A stretch of DNA of 64,000 nucleotides from Burkholderiales bacterium (GTDB taxonomy: Bacteria > Pseudomonadota > Gammaproteobacteria > Burkholderiales > SG8-39). This document shows positions 8,689-16,946 of this stretch, one piece after another. Where the stretch lies: contig DASVDO010000009.1 in the NCBI GenBank assembly GCA_036381055.1, positions 1,628 through 65,627 on the forward strand. The letters run 5' to 3'. The position numbers and the translations under genes are program-made. Below the pieces are notes generated by a model. The model was not told the DNA's origin. It did no database searches and worked only from the letters and a program-made list of their open reading frames with translations. Numbering within the stretch: the stretch's first letter is position 1; the number at the start of each line of letters is the position of its first letter.

Positions 8689-9219
8689 ATGAGCGTCTCG
8701 CGCAACGATCCATGTCCCTGCGGCAGCGGCCGGAAATACAAGAAATGCTGTGGCGCGGTACTCGCCCTGAAGCCCGAGCGGCGCGAGTGCGGCACCTGCA
8801 CCGCCTGCTGCGACGGCTGGGTGGTGGGCACGATCCGCGGCCACGAGATGAAGCCGGGCACGCCGTGCCACTTCCGCGGCGAGGGCTGCTGCACCATCTA
8901 CGCCGAGCGGCCGCAGGAACCGTGCCGCAGCTTCGTCTGCGGCTGGCTGGCGCCGGGCAGCCCGTTCCCGGAGGCGTTCCGCCCGGACCGGCTGGGGGTG
9001 ATGATCATCGGCACGCGCTGGCGCGGCCGGCCGGCGTACATCCTGCGCCACGCCGGGCGCGACCCGGACGAGCGGCTGCTAAGCTGGATGCGCGGCTTCA
9101 GCGTGCGCACCGGCGCGCCGTTCTTCTACGAGCAGGCGGGCGAGCGCTTCGGCTTCGGGCCGCGCGAGTTCCAGCACGAGATGCTGGCGCGGCTGCAATC
9201 GGGTGAGAGGCTATGGTGA
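8689..9219 (+). CDS. SEC-C motif protein fused to a YkgJ-type CxxCxxCC cysteine-cluster (Zn/Fe-chelating) domain
   Basis: N-terminal [16 protein letters not shown] (SEC-C). This is followed by [11 protein letters not shown] and [28 protein letters not shown]. Overlaps the next gene by 7 nt. Confidence 0.75.
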   Translation: MSVSRNDPCPCGSGRKYKKCCGAVLALKPERRECGTCTACCDGWVVGTIRGHEMKPGTPCHFRGEGCCTIYAERPQEPCRSFVCGWLAPGSPFPEAFRPDRLGVMIIGTRWRGRPAYILRHAGRDPDERLLSWMRGFSVRTGAPFFYEQAGERFGFGPREFQHEMLARLQSGERLW

Positions 9220-9788
9220 AGGACAAGACCGAATCGCACTACCACAGCAAGAAGGACCGCATCTTCGTGCGCGGCATCCAGGGCCAGTACAGCCTGAAGG
9301 ACGAGCTGAAGCGCCTGCGCTCGATGCCGCGCGTGCGCAAGGGCCGGGAGCTCAAGTTCGTCGACGGGCCGCAGGCCTACAGCCGGCACTACGTCGAGCC
9401 GAAGGACGGCATCTCGCAGATGTTCCACCTGCACCTGGAGGAGTACGCGCCGGGCGGCAGGAGCCAGAAGCACGGGCACGTCAACGAGGCCGCCTTCTAC
9501 ATTCTCGACGGCAAGGGCTACGAGATTCACGACGGCGTGCGCTACGACTGGCAGGCGGGCGACGTGGCGATCGTGCACAACAACTGCGTGCACCAGCACT
9601 TCAACGCGAGCCCCGACAAGCCGGCGCGCGCGCTGGTGATCAAGACCAAGCCGATGTACATGTTCATGAACATGCTCTTCCAGCAGCTCGTCGAGCCGCG
9701 GCCCACCGAGCCGGCGCCCGGCGCCGGGGGCTACCGCGTGCGCGAGGCGGAGAGCAACTACAACCATTCCGAGGAAGGAGACCGCTGA
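9213..9788 (+). CDS. Monocupin protein (paralog of 4876-5433)
   Basis: [20 protein letters not shown] and [27 protein letters not shown]. Confidence 0.85.
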   Translation: MVKDKTESHYHSKKDRIFVRGIQGQYSLKDELKRLRSMPRVRKGRELKFVDGPQAYSRHYVEPKDGISQMFHLHLEEYAPGGRSQKHGHVNEAAFYILDGKGYEIHDGVRYDWQAGDVAIVHNNCVHQHFNASPDKPARALVIKTKPMYMFMNMLFQQLVEPRPTEPAPGAGGYRVREAESNYNHSEEGDR

Positions 9789-10402
9789 TGGCCTGGGACG
9801 AATCGCGGGCGTGGAAGAAGGGCCGGAACCACCAGAAGCTCTACCAGGCGCTGCTCGACGACGCCGCCGGCGCGCCGGCGCGCAACGCCAAGCGCAGGAA
9901 GATCGTCCACCCCGAGGACATGCCCTGGGAAATGTCGCGCCAGGGGCTGCTCAAGCACCTGATCAACGAGGCCATGAACACGCGCATGGAGACGGTCGAC
10001 GCCTACATGCAGATCATCCCGCCGGGCAGCCGCTCCGGTAAGCACCGCCACCTCGCCGAGGAATGCCTGTACGTGCTGGAGGGCCGCGGCTACGACCTGC
10101 ACCAGGACTGCGACGTCGAGATCACCGACACCTACCACTGGAAGCCGCAGGACGAGATCAAGCGCTACGAATGGGAGGCGGGCGACGTGATCTACATCCC
10201 GCCCAACACCATCCACCAGCACTTCAACGCGAGCCCCGACAAGCCGGTGCGGCTGATCTCGGCGATCAATCGCATCTACAAGGCCTGCGGGCTGAACGAC
10301 CTCGAGCAGATCGAGGACGCGCCGGAGTACGACCCGAACGTGGTGCTCACCGCCGAGCTGGTCGAGCAGTACCTCAAGGCGAAGAGCAAGGTGCCGGCTT
10401 GA
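9788..10402 (+). CDS. Monocupin protein, second type
   Basis: GSRSGKHRHLAEECLYVLEG (HxH-x3-E) and [29 protein letters not shown] junction with the upstream cupin. Confidence 0.8.
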   Translation: MAWDESRAWKKGRNHQKLYQALLDDAAGAPARNAKRRKIVHPEDMPWEMSRQGLLKHLINEAMNTRMETVDAYMQIIPPGSRSGKHRHLAEECLYVLEGRGYDLHQDCDVEITDTYHWKPQDEIKRYEWEAGDVIYIPPNTIHQHFNASPDKPVRLISAINRIYKACGLNDLEQIEDAPEYDPNVVLTAELVEQYLKAKSKVPA

Positions 10403-11625
10403 GCAGCGTCGCGGCCGCGCCGGCCAAGCCGGCGCATCGCTGGCGCGAGCTGTGGCTGATCACCGTCGGCCACGGGCTCACGCACTGGTACCCGGCGACC
10501 TTCTACCTGCTGCTGCCGCTGATCGCGCACGAGCTCGGGCTGTCGTACAGCCAGATCGGCCTGATCATGACCTGCCAGTACGTCGCCTCGGCGATCGCCA
10601 ACGTGTCGGGCGGCATCCTGGTCGACACGGTGGGGCGCAAGGGCCTGCTGATGGCGGTGTCGCTTTTCTGGGTCGGCTTCCCGTACCTGCTGATCGGCTT
10701 CACGCACAGCTACGCGATGCTGCTCGTCTGCGTGGCGCTGGTCGGCACCGGCAACAGCCTGTGGCATCCGACGGCCATCCCGACGCTCGGCAGCCGCTAC
10801 CCCGAGCGCAAGGGGCTGGTGCTGTCGCTGCACGGCATGGGCGGCAACGTCGGCGACGCGGTCGCGCCGATCGTGGTCGGCGCCGCGCTCGCGGCGTTCT
10901 CGTGGCGCGAGGTGGTGGCGTTCAACGTCGCGCCGGGCCTGGTGGTCGCGGTGCTGATGTTCGTGTTCCTCGGCTCGCTGCGCCTGGGGCAGAAGAAGCA
11001 CGCCGCCGAGGGGCAGTCGCTCGCCGAGTACGTGCGGGGGCTGCGCAGGCTGTTCGCCGACCGCTCGCTGATCCTGCTCTCGACCGGCTCGTCGTTCCGC
11101 ACCATGACGCAGACCGCGCTGCTCACCTTCCTGCCGGTCTACCTGGCGAACGACATGGGCTACGGCCCGGCGCTGGTCGGCGCGTGCCTGTTCGCCGTGC
11201 AGGCGGCGGGCTTCGCCGCGGCGCCGGTCGCCGGGCACCTCTCCGACCGCATGGGGCGCAAGAACATCCTGATGGGCGCCATGGCCTCCAGCGCCGTGGT
11301 GCTGGTGGCGATGGGCGCGATCGGCGGCTCGCCGCTGTTCGTCGTGCTGGTCGCGGTGCTCGGCTTCTTCCTCTACGCCACCCGGCCGGTGATCCAGGCC
11401 TGGCTGCTCGACGCGACGCCGCGCAACCTGGGCGGCTCGAGCATCGGCGTGCTGTTCGGCGCGCAGGCGGTCGGCGCCTCGCTCGGGCCGCTGTTCGGCG
11501 GCATGGTGGCGGACCGCTGGGGGCTGCTCGCCACGTTCTACTTCCTCGCCTTCACGATCGTCATCGCCAACCTGCTGGTGTTCTGGATCCCGGCGGTCGG
11601 GTCGCGCGAGCGCGGCGCCGCTTGA
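10399..11625 (+). CDS. MFS transporter
   Basis: About 12 predicted hydrophobic helices; the GGILVDTVGRKG loop is the MFS signature between TM2 and TM3. TTG start in a TTGA overlap; start uncertain. Confidence 0.8.
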   Translation: MSSVAAAPAKPAHRWRELWLITVGHGLTHWYPATFYLLLPLIAHELGLSYSQIGLIMTCQYVASAIANVSGGILVDTVGRKGLLMAVSLFWVGFPYLLIGFTHSYAMLLVCVALVGTGNSLWHPTAIPTLGSRYPERKGLVLSLHGMGGNVGDAVAPIVVGAALAAFSWREVVAFNVAPGLVVAVLMFVFLGSLRLGQKKHAAEGQSLAEYVRGLRRLFADRSLILLSTGSSFRTMTQTALLTFLPVYLANDMGYGPALVGACLFAVQAAGFAAAPVAGHLSDRMGRKNILMGAMASSAVVLVAMGAIGGSPLFVVLVAVLGFFLYATRPVIQAWLLDATPRNLGGSSIGVLFGAQAVGASLGPLFGGMVADRWGLLATFYFLAFTIVIANLLVFWIPAVGSRERGAA

Positions 11626-12452
11626 GGCCGCTCGCCGTCCTGGCGCTCGCCCTGCCGCTCGCCGCGCAGGCGGCGGAGGTCACCGTGATCCGGCCGAGCG
11701 CCTTCATCGGCGCCGACGCCGTCTACCACATCGCGCTCGACGGCCGGCCGCTGCGCGACATCGAGACGCGCCAGCACGTGCGCTTCGACGTGCCCGACGG
11801 CCGGCACGTGCTCGCGGTGCGCTGCCCGAAGCCGATGAATCTCGAGTACGCCGAGACGCGCATCGAGGAGCAGCTCGGGCCGGCGCCGGCGTTCTTCGTC
11901 ATCGAGCCGAAGTTCGACTGCGTGACGCTCACGCGCATCGACGCGCGCGCGGCGGCGCCGCTGCTCGGCAACACCCGCCTGCGCACCGACACGTCGACCC
12001 GCTACGAGGCGGGCAAGGTGCGGCCGAGCGCCGCGCTCGAGACCGCCTCGCCGCCCGCGCCGGCGGCCGCCGACGGCGCCGCCTCGCCGGGCGCCGCCTC
12101 GCCGAGCGCCGCCTGGGTGGAGGCGTTCAACAGCCGCGACCCGGCGCGCATCGCCGCGCTCTACGACAGCCACGCGGTGCTGATCGGCGCCGACGCGGCG
12201 CGGCCGGCGGTGGGCCGGGCGGCGATCGCCGCGTATTACGCCGGCGTGGCCGGGCGGCCGATGGACCGCGTGGCGCTCGGCGAGCACCAGGTGCGCGTCT
12301 ACGGCGACTGGGCGATCGACAGCGGCCTGTGCAACTTCTTCGAGGTGCGCGACGGCAGGTCCTCGGTGAGCGCCGCGCGCTACACGCTCGTCTGGCGCAG
12401 GCGCGACCGGCGATGGCTGATCGTGGAGCACCACTCGTCGCGCGTTCCTTGA
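11622..12452 (+). CDS. Secreted two-domain protein: N-terminal beta-rich (DUF2846-like) domain plus C-terminal SgcJ/EcaC (NTF2/SnoaL-like, DUF4440) domain
   Basis: Signal peptide LRPLAVLALALPLAAQAAE, an Ala/Pro linker, and C-terminal WVEAFNSRDPARIAALYDSHAVL...WLIVEHHSS. TTG start in a TTGA overlap. Confidence 0.65.
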   Translation: MRPLAVLALALPLAAQAAEVTVIRPSAFIGADAVYHIALDGRPLRDIETRQHVRFDVPDGRHVLAVRCPKPMNLEYAETRIEEQLGPAPAFFVIEPKFDCVTLTRIDARAAAPLLGNTRLRTDTSTRYEAGKVRPSAALETASPPAPAAADGAASPGAASPSAAWVEAFNSRDPARIAALYDSHAVLIGADAARPAVGRAAIAAYYAGVAGRPMDRVALGEHQVRVYGDWAIDSGLCNFFEVRDGRSSVSAARYTLVWRRRDRRWLIVEHHSSRVP

Positions 12453-13945
12453 TCCGCTTCCACGAAGGCGACGAGCCGCACTTCCACGACTGGTCGCCCG
12501 AGGCGCGCGCCGCGGCGGCGCAGGCGATCTGGCAGGCCGAGAACGTCGAGCTGACCACGGTCGGCATCGACATCGGCAGCTCGACCTCGCACCTGATGTT
12601 CTCGCGCGTGCACCTGCAGAGGAAGACGCAGCTCCTGTCGAGCGAGTTCGCGGTCGTCGGCCGCGAGGTGCTGTGGCGCTCGCCGATCCTGTTCACCCCC
12701 TTCCTGCCCGACTTCACCATCGACGCCGGGCGGCTGGGCGCCTTCATCGACGGCGCGTACGCCGAGGCCGGGCTCGACCCGCAGCGCATCGACAGCGGCG
12801 CGGTGATCCTCACCGGCGAGGCGATCAAGCGGCGCAACGCGCAGGCGATCGCAGGGCTGTTCGCGGCGCAGGCCGGCAAGCTGGTCTGCGCCTCCGCGGG
12901 GCACCACATGGAGTGCGTGCTCGCCGCGCACGGCGCCGGGGCGACGGCGATCTCGCGCCGCACGCACCGCCCGGTGCTGAACGTCGACATCGGCGGCGGC
13001 ACCACCAAGCTCGCGCTGATCGAGAACGGCGAGATCCGCTCGACCTGCGCCATCGCCGTGGGCGGACGGCTGATCGTGCAGGACGCCGCCGGGCGCCTCA
13101 CCCGCCTCGAAGCGTCCGCGCTGCAAGCGGCGCGCAGCCTCGGCACGGAGCTGGCGCTGGGCCAGGCGCTCACCGCCCCGGCGAAAGACAAGCTCGTCGA
13201 CGTCCTGGCGGAGGCCGTCCTCGAGCTGATCCTGGGCAGGCCGCTCGGCGCGCTGGCGAGGGAGCTGCTGCTCACCGGGCCGCTCGAGCGCACCGTCGAG
13301 CCGCACCTCGTCACTTTCAGCGGCGGGGTGTCGGAGTACCTGTTCGGCCGCGAGGCGCGCGGCTTCGGCGACATCGCGCAGCCGCTCGCCGAGCGCATGC
13401 GCGCGGCGCTCGCGCCGACCGGCAGGCTGCTCGACCCGGGGCAGGGCATACGCGCCACGGTGATCGGCGCCTCGCAGTTCACCGTGCAGCTCTCGGGCAA
13501 GACGATCCACCTGTCGCGCGCCGCGCGGCTGCCGCTGCGCAACGTGCCCGTGGTGTTCCCGCCGCTCGAGCTGGAGCGCGCCTTCGACGCCGCCGGCGTG
13601 GCGCGCGCCATCGGCGCGGCGCTGGCCAGGCTCGAGCTGCCGGACGACCAGCCGGCAGCGGTCGGCATCCGCTGGCGCGGCGAGCCGTACTATGCGAGGC
13701 TGCGCGAGCTCGCCGCCGGCATCGCGCAGGCGGCGCGCCCCGGGGCGCCGCTGGTGGTGCTGGTCGACCGCGACGTCGGCCGGCTGCTCGGCCACATCCT
13801 GGAGCAGGAGCTGGGCGTGGCCGGCGTGATCGCGATCGACGGCGTACAGCTGCGCGAGCTGGACTATGTCGACATCGGCGAGCTGCTGCAGCCGAGCGAG
13901 GTGGTGCCGCTGGTGATCAAGTCGTTGCTGTTTCCACTGCATTGA
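12449..13945 (+). CDS. EutA-family ASKHA ATPase (homolog of the ethanolamine ammonia-lyase reactivating factor), without eutBC
   Basis: Co-linear with EutA: VGIDIGSSTSHLMFSR, DSGAVILTGEA, ASAGHHMECVLAAHGAGA, LNVDIGGGTTK, VTFSGGVSEY, IRATVIGASQFTVQLSG, LPLRNVPVV, C-terminal VVPLVIKSLLFP. Start is either TTG 12449 (TTGA overlap) or ATG 12413. Confidence 0.85.
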   Translation: MIRFHEGDEPHFHDWSPEARAAAAQAIWQAENVELTTVGIDIGSSTSHLMFSRVHLQRKTQLLSSEFAVVGREVLWRSPILFTPFLPDFTIDAGRLGAFIDGAYAEAGLDPQRIDSGAVILTGEAIKRRNAQAIAGLFAAQAGKLVCASAGHHMECVLAAHGAGATAISRRTHRPVLNVDIGGGTTKLALIENGEIRSTCAIAVGGRLIVQDAAGRLTRLEASALQAARSLGTELALGQALTAPAKDKLVDVLAEAVLELILGRPLGALARELLLTGPLERTVEPHLVTFSGGVSEYLFGREARGFGDIAQPLAERMRAALAPTGRLLDPGQGIRATVIGASQFTVQLSGKTIHLSRAARLPLRNVPVVFPPLELERAFDAAGVARAIGAALARLELPDDQPAAVGIRWRGEPYYARLRELAAGIAQAARPGAPLVVLVDRDVGRLLGHILEQELGVAGVIAIDGVQLRELDYVDIGELLQPSEVVPLVIKSLLFPLH

Positions 13946-13957
13946 GGAGATAGACCC

Positions 13958-15043
13958 ATGGACGCAGGCGTGGCGCCGCGCATCGGCGTGGATCCTTATC
14001 TCGACTGGCTGAAGAACGAGCGCATCCCGGTGGTCGAGGACTTCGGCGTGCACCTGCCCGAGGTCGAGACCCGGCCGTGGCCGCGCTACGGCGTCGGCGG
14101 CGCGGCGGTGCACCTCAAGGGGCGCGGCGACTTCGTGTCGATGTTCGTGCTCGACCTCGCGCCGGGCGCCGCGAGCGAGCCGCAGCGCCACCTGTACGAG
14201 GAGGTGATCTACGTGCTGTCGGGCCGCGGCAGCACCACCATCGAGGCCGCCGACGGGCGCCGGCACAGCTTCGAGTGGGGGCCGCGCAGCCTGTTCGCGA
14301 TCCCGCTCAACACCCGCTACCGGCACTTCAACGGCAGCGGCGCCGAGCGCGCGCGCCTCGCCGTCACCACCAACCTGCCGGCGGTGCTGAACATGTTCCA
14401 CAACGAGGCGTTCGTGTTCGACAACCCGTTCCGCTTCGACGAGCGCCTGGGCGAGGCGAAGCACTTCGCCGGCGAGGGCGACTTCACCCCGGTGCGCCCG
14501 GGGCAGCACATGTGGCAGACCAACTTCGTGCCCGACCTGGCGGCGATCGCGCTGAAGGGCTGGGACGAGCGCGGCAAGGGCTCGAAGAACATCATGTTCA
14601 TCCTCGCCGACGGCACGATGCACGCGCACATCTCGGAGATGCAGCCCGGCAGCTACAAGAAGGCGCACCGCCACGGGCCCGACTTCCACGTGATGTGCGT
14701 CACCGGGCACGGCTACTCGCTGCTCTGGTACGAGGGCGAGGCCGACTTCCGCCAGGTGCGCTGGAAGCACGGCACGGTGTTCGCGCCGCCCGACCGCATG
14801 TTCCACCAGCATTTCAACACCAGCGAGCGGCCGGCGCGCTACCTCGCCACCGCCTTCGGCAGCCTGCGCTACCCGTTCACGGAGGCCAAGCGGCGCGCCC
14901 TGCTGGGCGGCGGCGACGGGCAGGGCGCGGTGGCGGTGAGCGTGAAGCTGGGCGGCGACCAGATCGAGTTCGAGGACCAGTCGCCGCGCATCGAGGCGCT
15001 GTACCGCGAGGAGCTCGCGCGCGCGAAGAATGCGCCCGCCTGA
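13958..15043 (+). CDS. Bicupin protein (paralog of 5430-6545)
   Basis: Domain 1 is G-x5-QRH-x3-E ... YRHFNGSGAERARL. Domain 2 is GSYKKAHRHGPDFH ... MFHQHFNTSERPARYL. Confidence 0.85.
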   Translation: MDAGVAPRIGVDPYLDWLKNERIPVVEDFGVHLPEVETRPWPRYGVGGAAVHLKGRGDFVSMFVLDLAPGAASEPQRHLYEEVIYVLSGRGSTTIEAADGRRHSFEWGPRSLFAIPLNTRYRHFNGSGAERARLAVTTNLPAVLNMFHNEAFVFDNPFRFDERLGEAKHFAGEGDFTPVRPGQHMWQTNFVPDLAAIALKGWDERGKGSKNIMFILADGTMHAHISEMQPGSYKKAHRHGPDFHVMCVTGHGYSLLWYEGEADFRQVRWKHGTVFAPPDRMFHQHFNTSERPARYLATAFGSLRYPFTEAKRRALLGGGDGQGAVAVSVKLGGDQIEFEDQSPRIEALYREELARAKNAPA

Positions 15044-16208
15044 GGTCGCGGTCGTCGGCGCCGGCCCGGTCGGGCTGACGGTCGCGCTGTCGCTCGCGCG
15101 CCAGGGCGTGGCGGTGCGCGTGCTGGAGGCCGAGCCGGCGCTCACCGAGGACCACCGCGCCGGATCGTTCCATCCGCCGACCCTCGAGATGCTCGCGCCG
15201 TTCGGCGTCACCGAGGCGATGCACCGCATCGGCATCAAGGTGCCGCGCTGGCAGATCCGCGACCGGCGCCAGGGCGTGATCGTGGAATGGGACCTGGGCC
15301 TGATCGCCGACCTGACGCCCTATCCGTACCGCTTCCACCTGGAGCAGTTCAAGCTCACGCCGATCCTGCTCGACAAGCTGCGCGCCTTCCCGCACGCCTC
15401 GGTCGCCTTCTCGACCGAGCTGCTCGACGCCGTCCCGCACGACGATTCGCTGACGCTGAAGACGAGCGCCGGCACGCTGCGCGCGTCCTGGCTCGTCGGC
15501 TGCGACGGCGGCCGCAGCACCGTGCGCCGGCTGATCGGCACCGAGTTCGAGGGCTTCACCTGGCCGGAGCGCTTCGTCGTGATCAGCACGCCGCACGACT
15601 TCGCGGCGCACGGCTTCACCTCGAACGCCTACGTCGCCGATCCGCGGGAATGGGCGGCGGTGTTCCACATGCCTGGCCTGTGGCGCATGGCGTTCCCGGT
15701 GCACCCGCACGAGGACGAGGCGCAGGTGCTCGACGCCGAAGCGGTCGAAGCGCGCCTGCAGCGCTTCCTGCCGCGGCCGCACCGCTACGAGGTGCTGCAG
15801 AAGGGCATCTACCGCGTGCACCAGCGGGTGGCGAGGGACTGGCGCCGGGGGCGCATGCTGCTCGCGGGCGACGCGGCGCACCTCAACAACCCGCTCGGCG
15901 CCTTCGGCCTGAACGGCGGGCTGCACGACGCGGTGATGCTGGGCGAGTACCTCGGGCGGGTGTGCCGCGGCGAGGCCGGCGAGGACCTGCTCGACCTCTA
16001 CGTGCGCAAGCGCCGCGCCGCCAACATCGAGTTCGTGCAGACGCAGTCGATCGGCAACAAGCGCATGCTCGAGGAAGCCGATCCGCAGAAGCGCGAGAAG
16101 ACCTTCGCCGAGCTGCGCCGCATCGCCGCCGACCGCGAGGCGGCGCGCGATTTCCTGCTGCGCTCGTCGATGATCTGGAGCGTGCGCCGGGCGGCGCAGG
16201 TCGCCTGA
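15030..16208 (+). CDS. FAD-dependent aromatic-ring monooxygenase (PheA/TfdB/UbiH family)
   Basis: GxGxxG motif VAVVGAGPVGLTVAL, a DG motif region CDGGRSTVR, and GD motif LLAGDAAHLNNPLGAFGLNGG. 14-nt overlap with the bicupin gene. Confidence 0.9.
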   Translation: MRPPEVAVVGAGPVGLTVALSLARQGVAVRVLEAEPALTEDHRAGSFHPPTLEMLAPFGVTEAMHRIGIKVPRWQIRDRRQGVIVEWDLGLIADLTPYPYRFHLEQFKLTPILLDKLRAFPHASVAFSTELLDAVPHDDSLTLKTSAGTLRASWLVGCDGGRSTVRRLIGTEFEGFTWPERFVVISTPHDFAAHGFTSNAYVADPREWAAVFHMPGLWRMAFPVHPHEDEAQVLDAEAVEARLQRFLPRPHRYEVLQKGIYRVHQRVARDWRRGRMLLAGDAAHLNNPLGAFGLNGGLHDAVMLGEYLGRVCRGEAGEDLLDLYVRKRRAANIEFVQTQSIGNKRMLEEADPQKREKTFAELRRIAADREAARDFLLRSSMIWSVRRAAQVA

Positions 16209-16261
16209 GCGGGCACGCGGTTTGCGGCCGCCCGGCGGCAGACATTCACAGGAGAAAGCCG

Positions 16262-16549
16262 ATGAAACTCTGGAGCCTGGCGCTCGCCGCCGCCGCCGCG
16301 CTCGCCGCCGCCGGCTGCGACAACCCGCCGCAGCCGCCGGTCACCTCGCCGTCGTCCAGCCCCGCCTCCGGCGGCTCGAGCGCCGCGCCGCAGACCGGAC
16401 CGACGGGCGACGAGATCAAGCTGCCCGCCAACCCGGGCGGCACGCAAGGCAGCGCCGCGCTGCCCGACCCCGGCGACGCCAACGACCATTCCAACGCCCA
16501 GCACGACGCGCGCGACAAGGTCAACAACGGCCAGAGCAGCGACCGCTGA
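16262..16549 (+). CDS. Small Pro/Ser/Gly-rich lipoprotein
   Basis: Lipobox LAAAGC after the MKLWSLALAAAAA signal. AGGAGA RBS upstream. Low-complexity mature part. Confidence 0.55.
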   Translation: MKLWSLALAAAAALAAAGCDNPPQPPVTSPSSSPASGGSSAAPQTGPTGDEIKLPANPGGTQGSAALPDPGDANDHSNAQHDARDKVNNGQSSDR

Positions 16550-16572
16550 TTCGGGGTCAGGGTCGTGATTCA
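16547..16572. repeat. ATTCGGGG-family intergenic element (stop-to-stop)
   Basis: TGATTCGGGGTCAGGGTCGTGATTCA. The first 3 nt are the stop of the + gene and the last 3 nt are the stop of the - gene. 22 of 24 nt are identical to the 53471-53494 copy. Confidence 0.8.
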
Positions 16573-16938
16573 GCCGACGCTGATCGCGACCTTGTCGGGA
16601 TAGAACGCCAGGTACTCGCGGATGGCGGCCATCTCGTCGAAGGGCTGCTCGTAGCTCCACACGGCGTCGCGCGGGCCGCCCTTCAGCGAGAAGTAGGACG
16701 CGTCGCCCTTGAACGGGCAGTGCGTGCGGTGCGTCGAGCGCTCCAGGCGCTCCATGCGCACGTCCTTGCGCGGGAAGTAGTAGACCACCGGGTAGCTGCC
16801 TTCCTTCATCGCCAGCGCCTCGTCGGTCTCGGCGATCAGCTCGCCGCCGAAGCTCGCGCGCACGCGCTTTGCAGCGGGCGTCACGTCGATGCGGTGGTCG
16901 GGACGTTCCTTGAATCCGGGTGCGGGATTGCCGGCCAT
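16570..16938 (-). CDS. DUF427 domain protein
   Basis: 122 aa; YFPRKDV....THCPFKGDASYFSL....WSYE.P is the pattern typical of DUF427. GGAGG RBS. Confidence 0.75.
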   Translation of the reverse strand: MAGNPAPGFKERPDHRIDVTPAAKRVRASFGGELIAETDEALAMKEGSYPVVYYFPRKDVRMERLERSTHRTHCPFKGDASYFSLKGGPRDAVWSYEQPFDEMAAIREYLAFYPDKVAISVG

Positions 16939-16946
16939 GGTGCCTC

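Noticed and set aside
12413-12448. ATG 12413 as the EutA-like start.
   Set aside because: It is not excluded. However, it would give a 40-nt overlap with the upstream gene, whereas TTG 12449 reproduces the TTGA coupling seen at the two preceding junctions. I reported 12449 and flagged the uncertainty.
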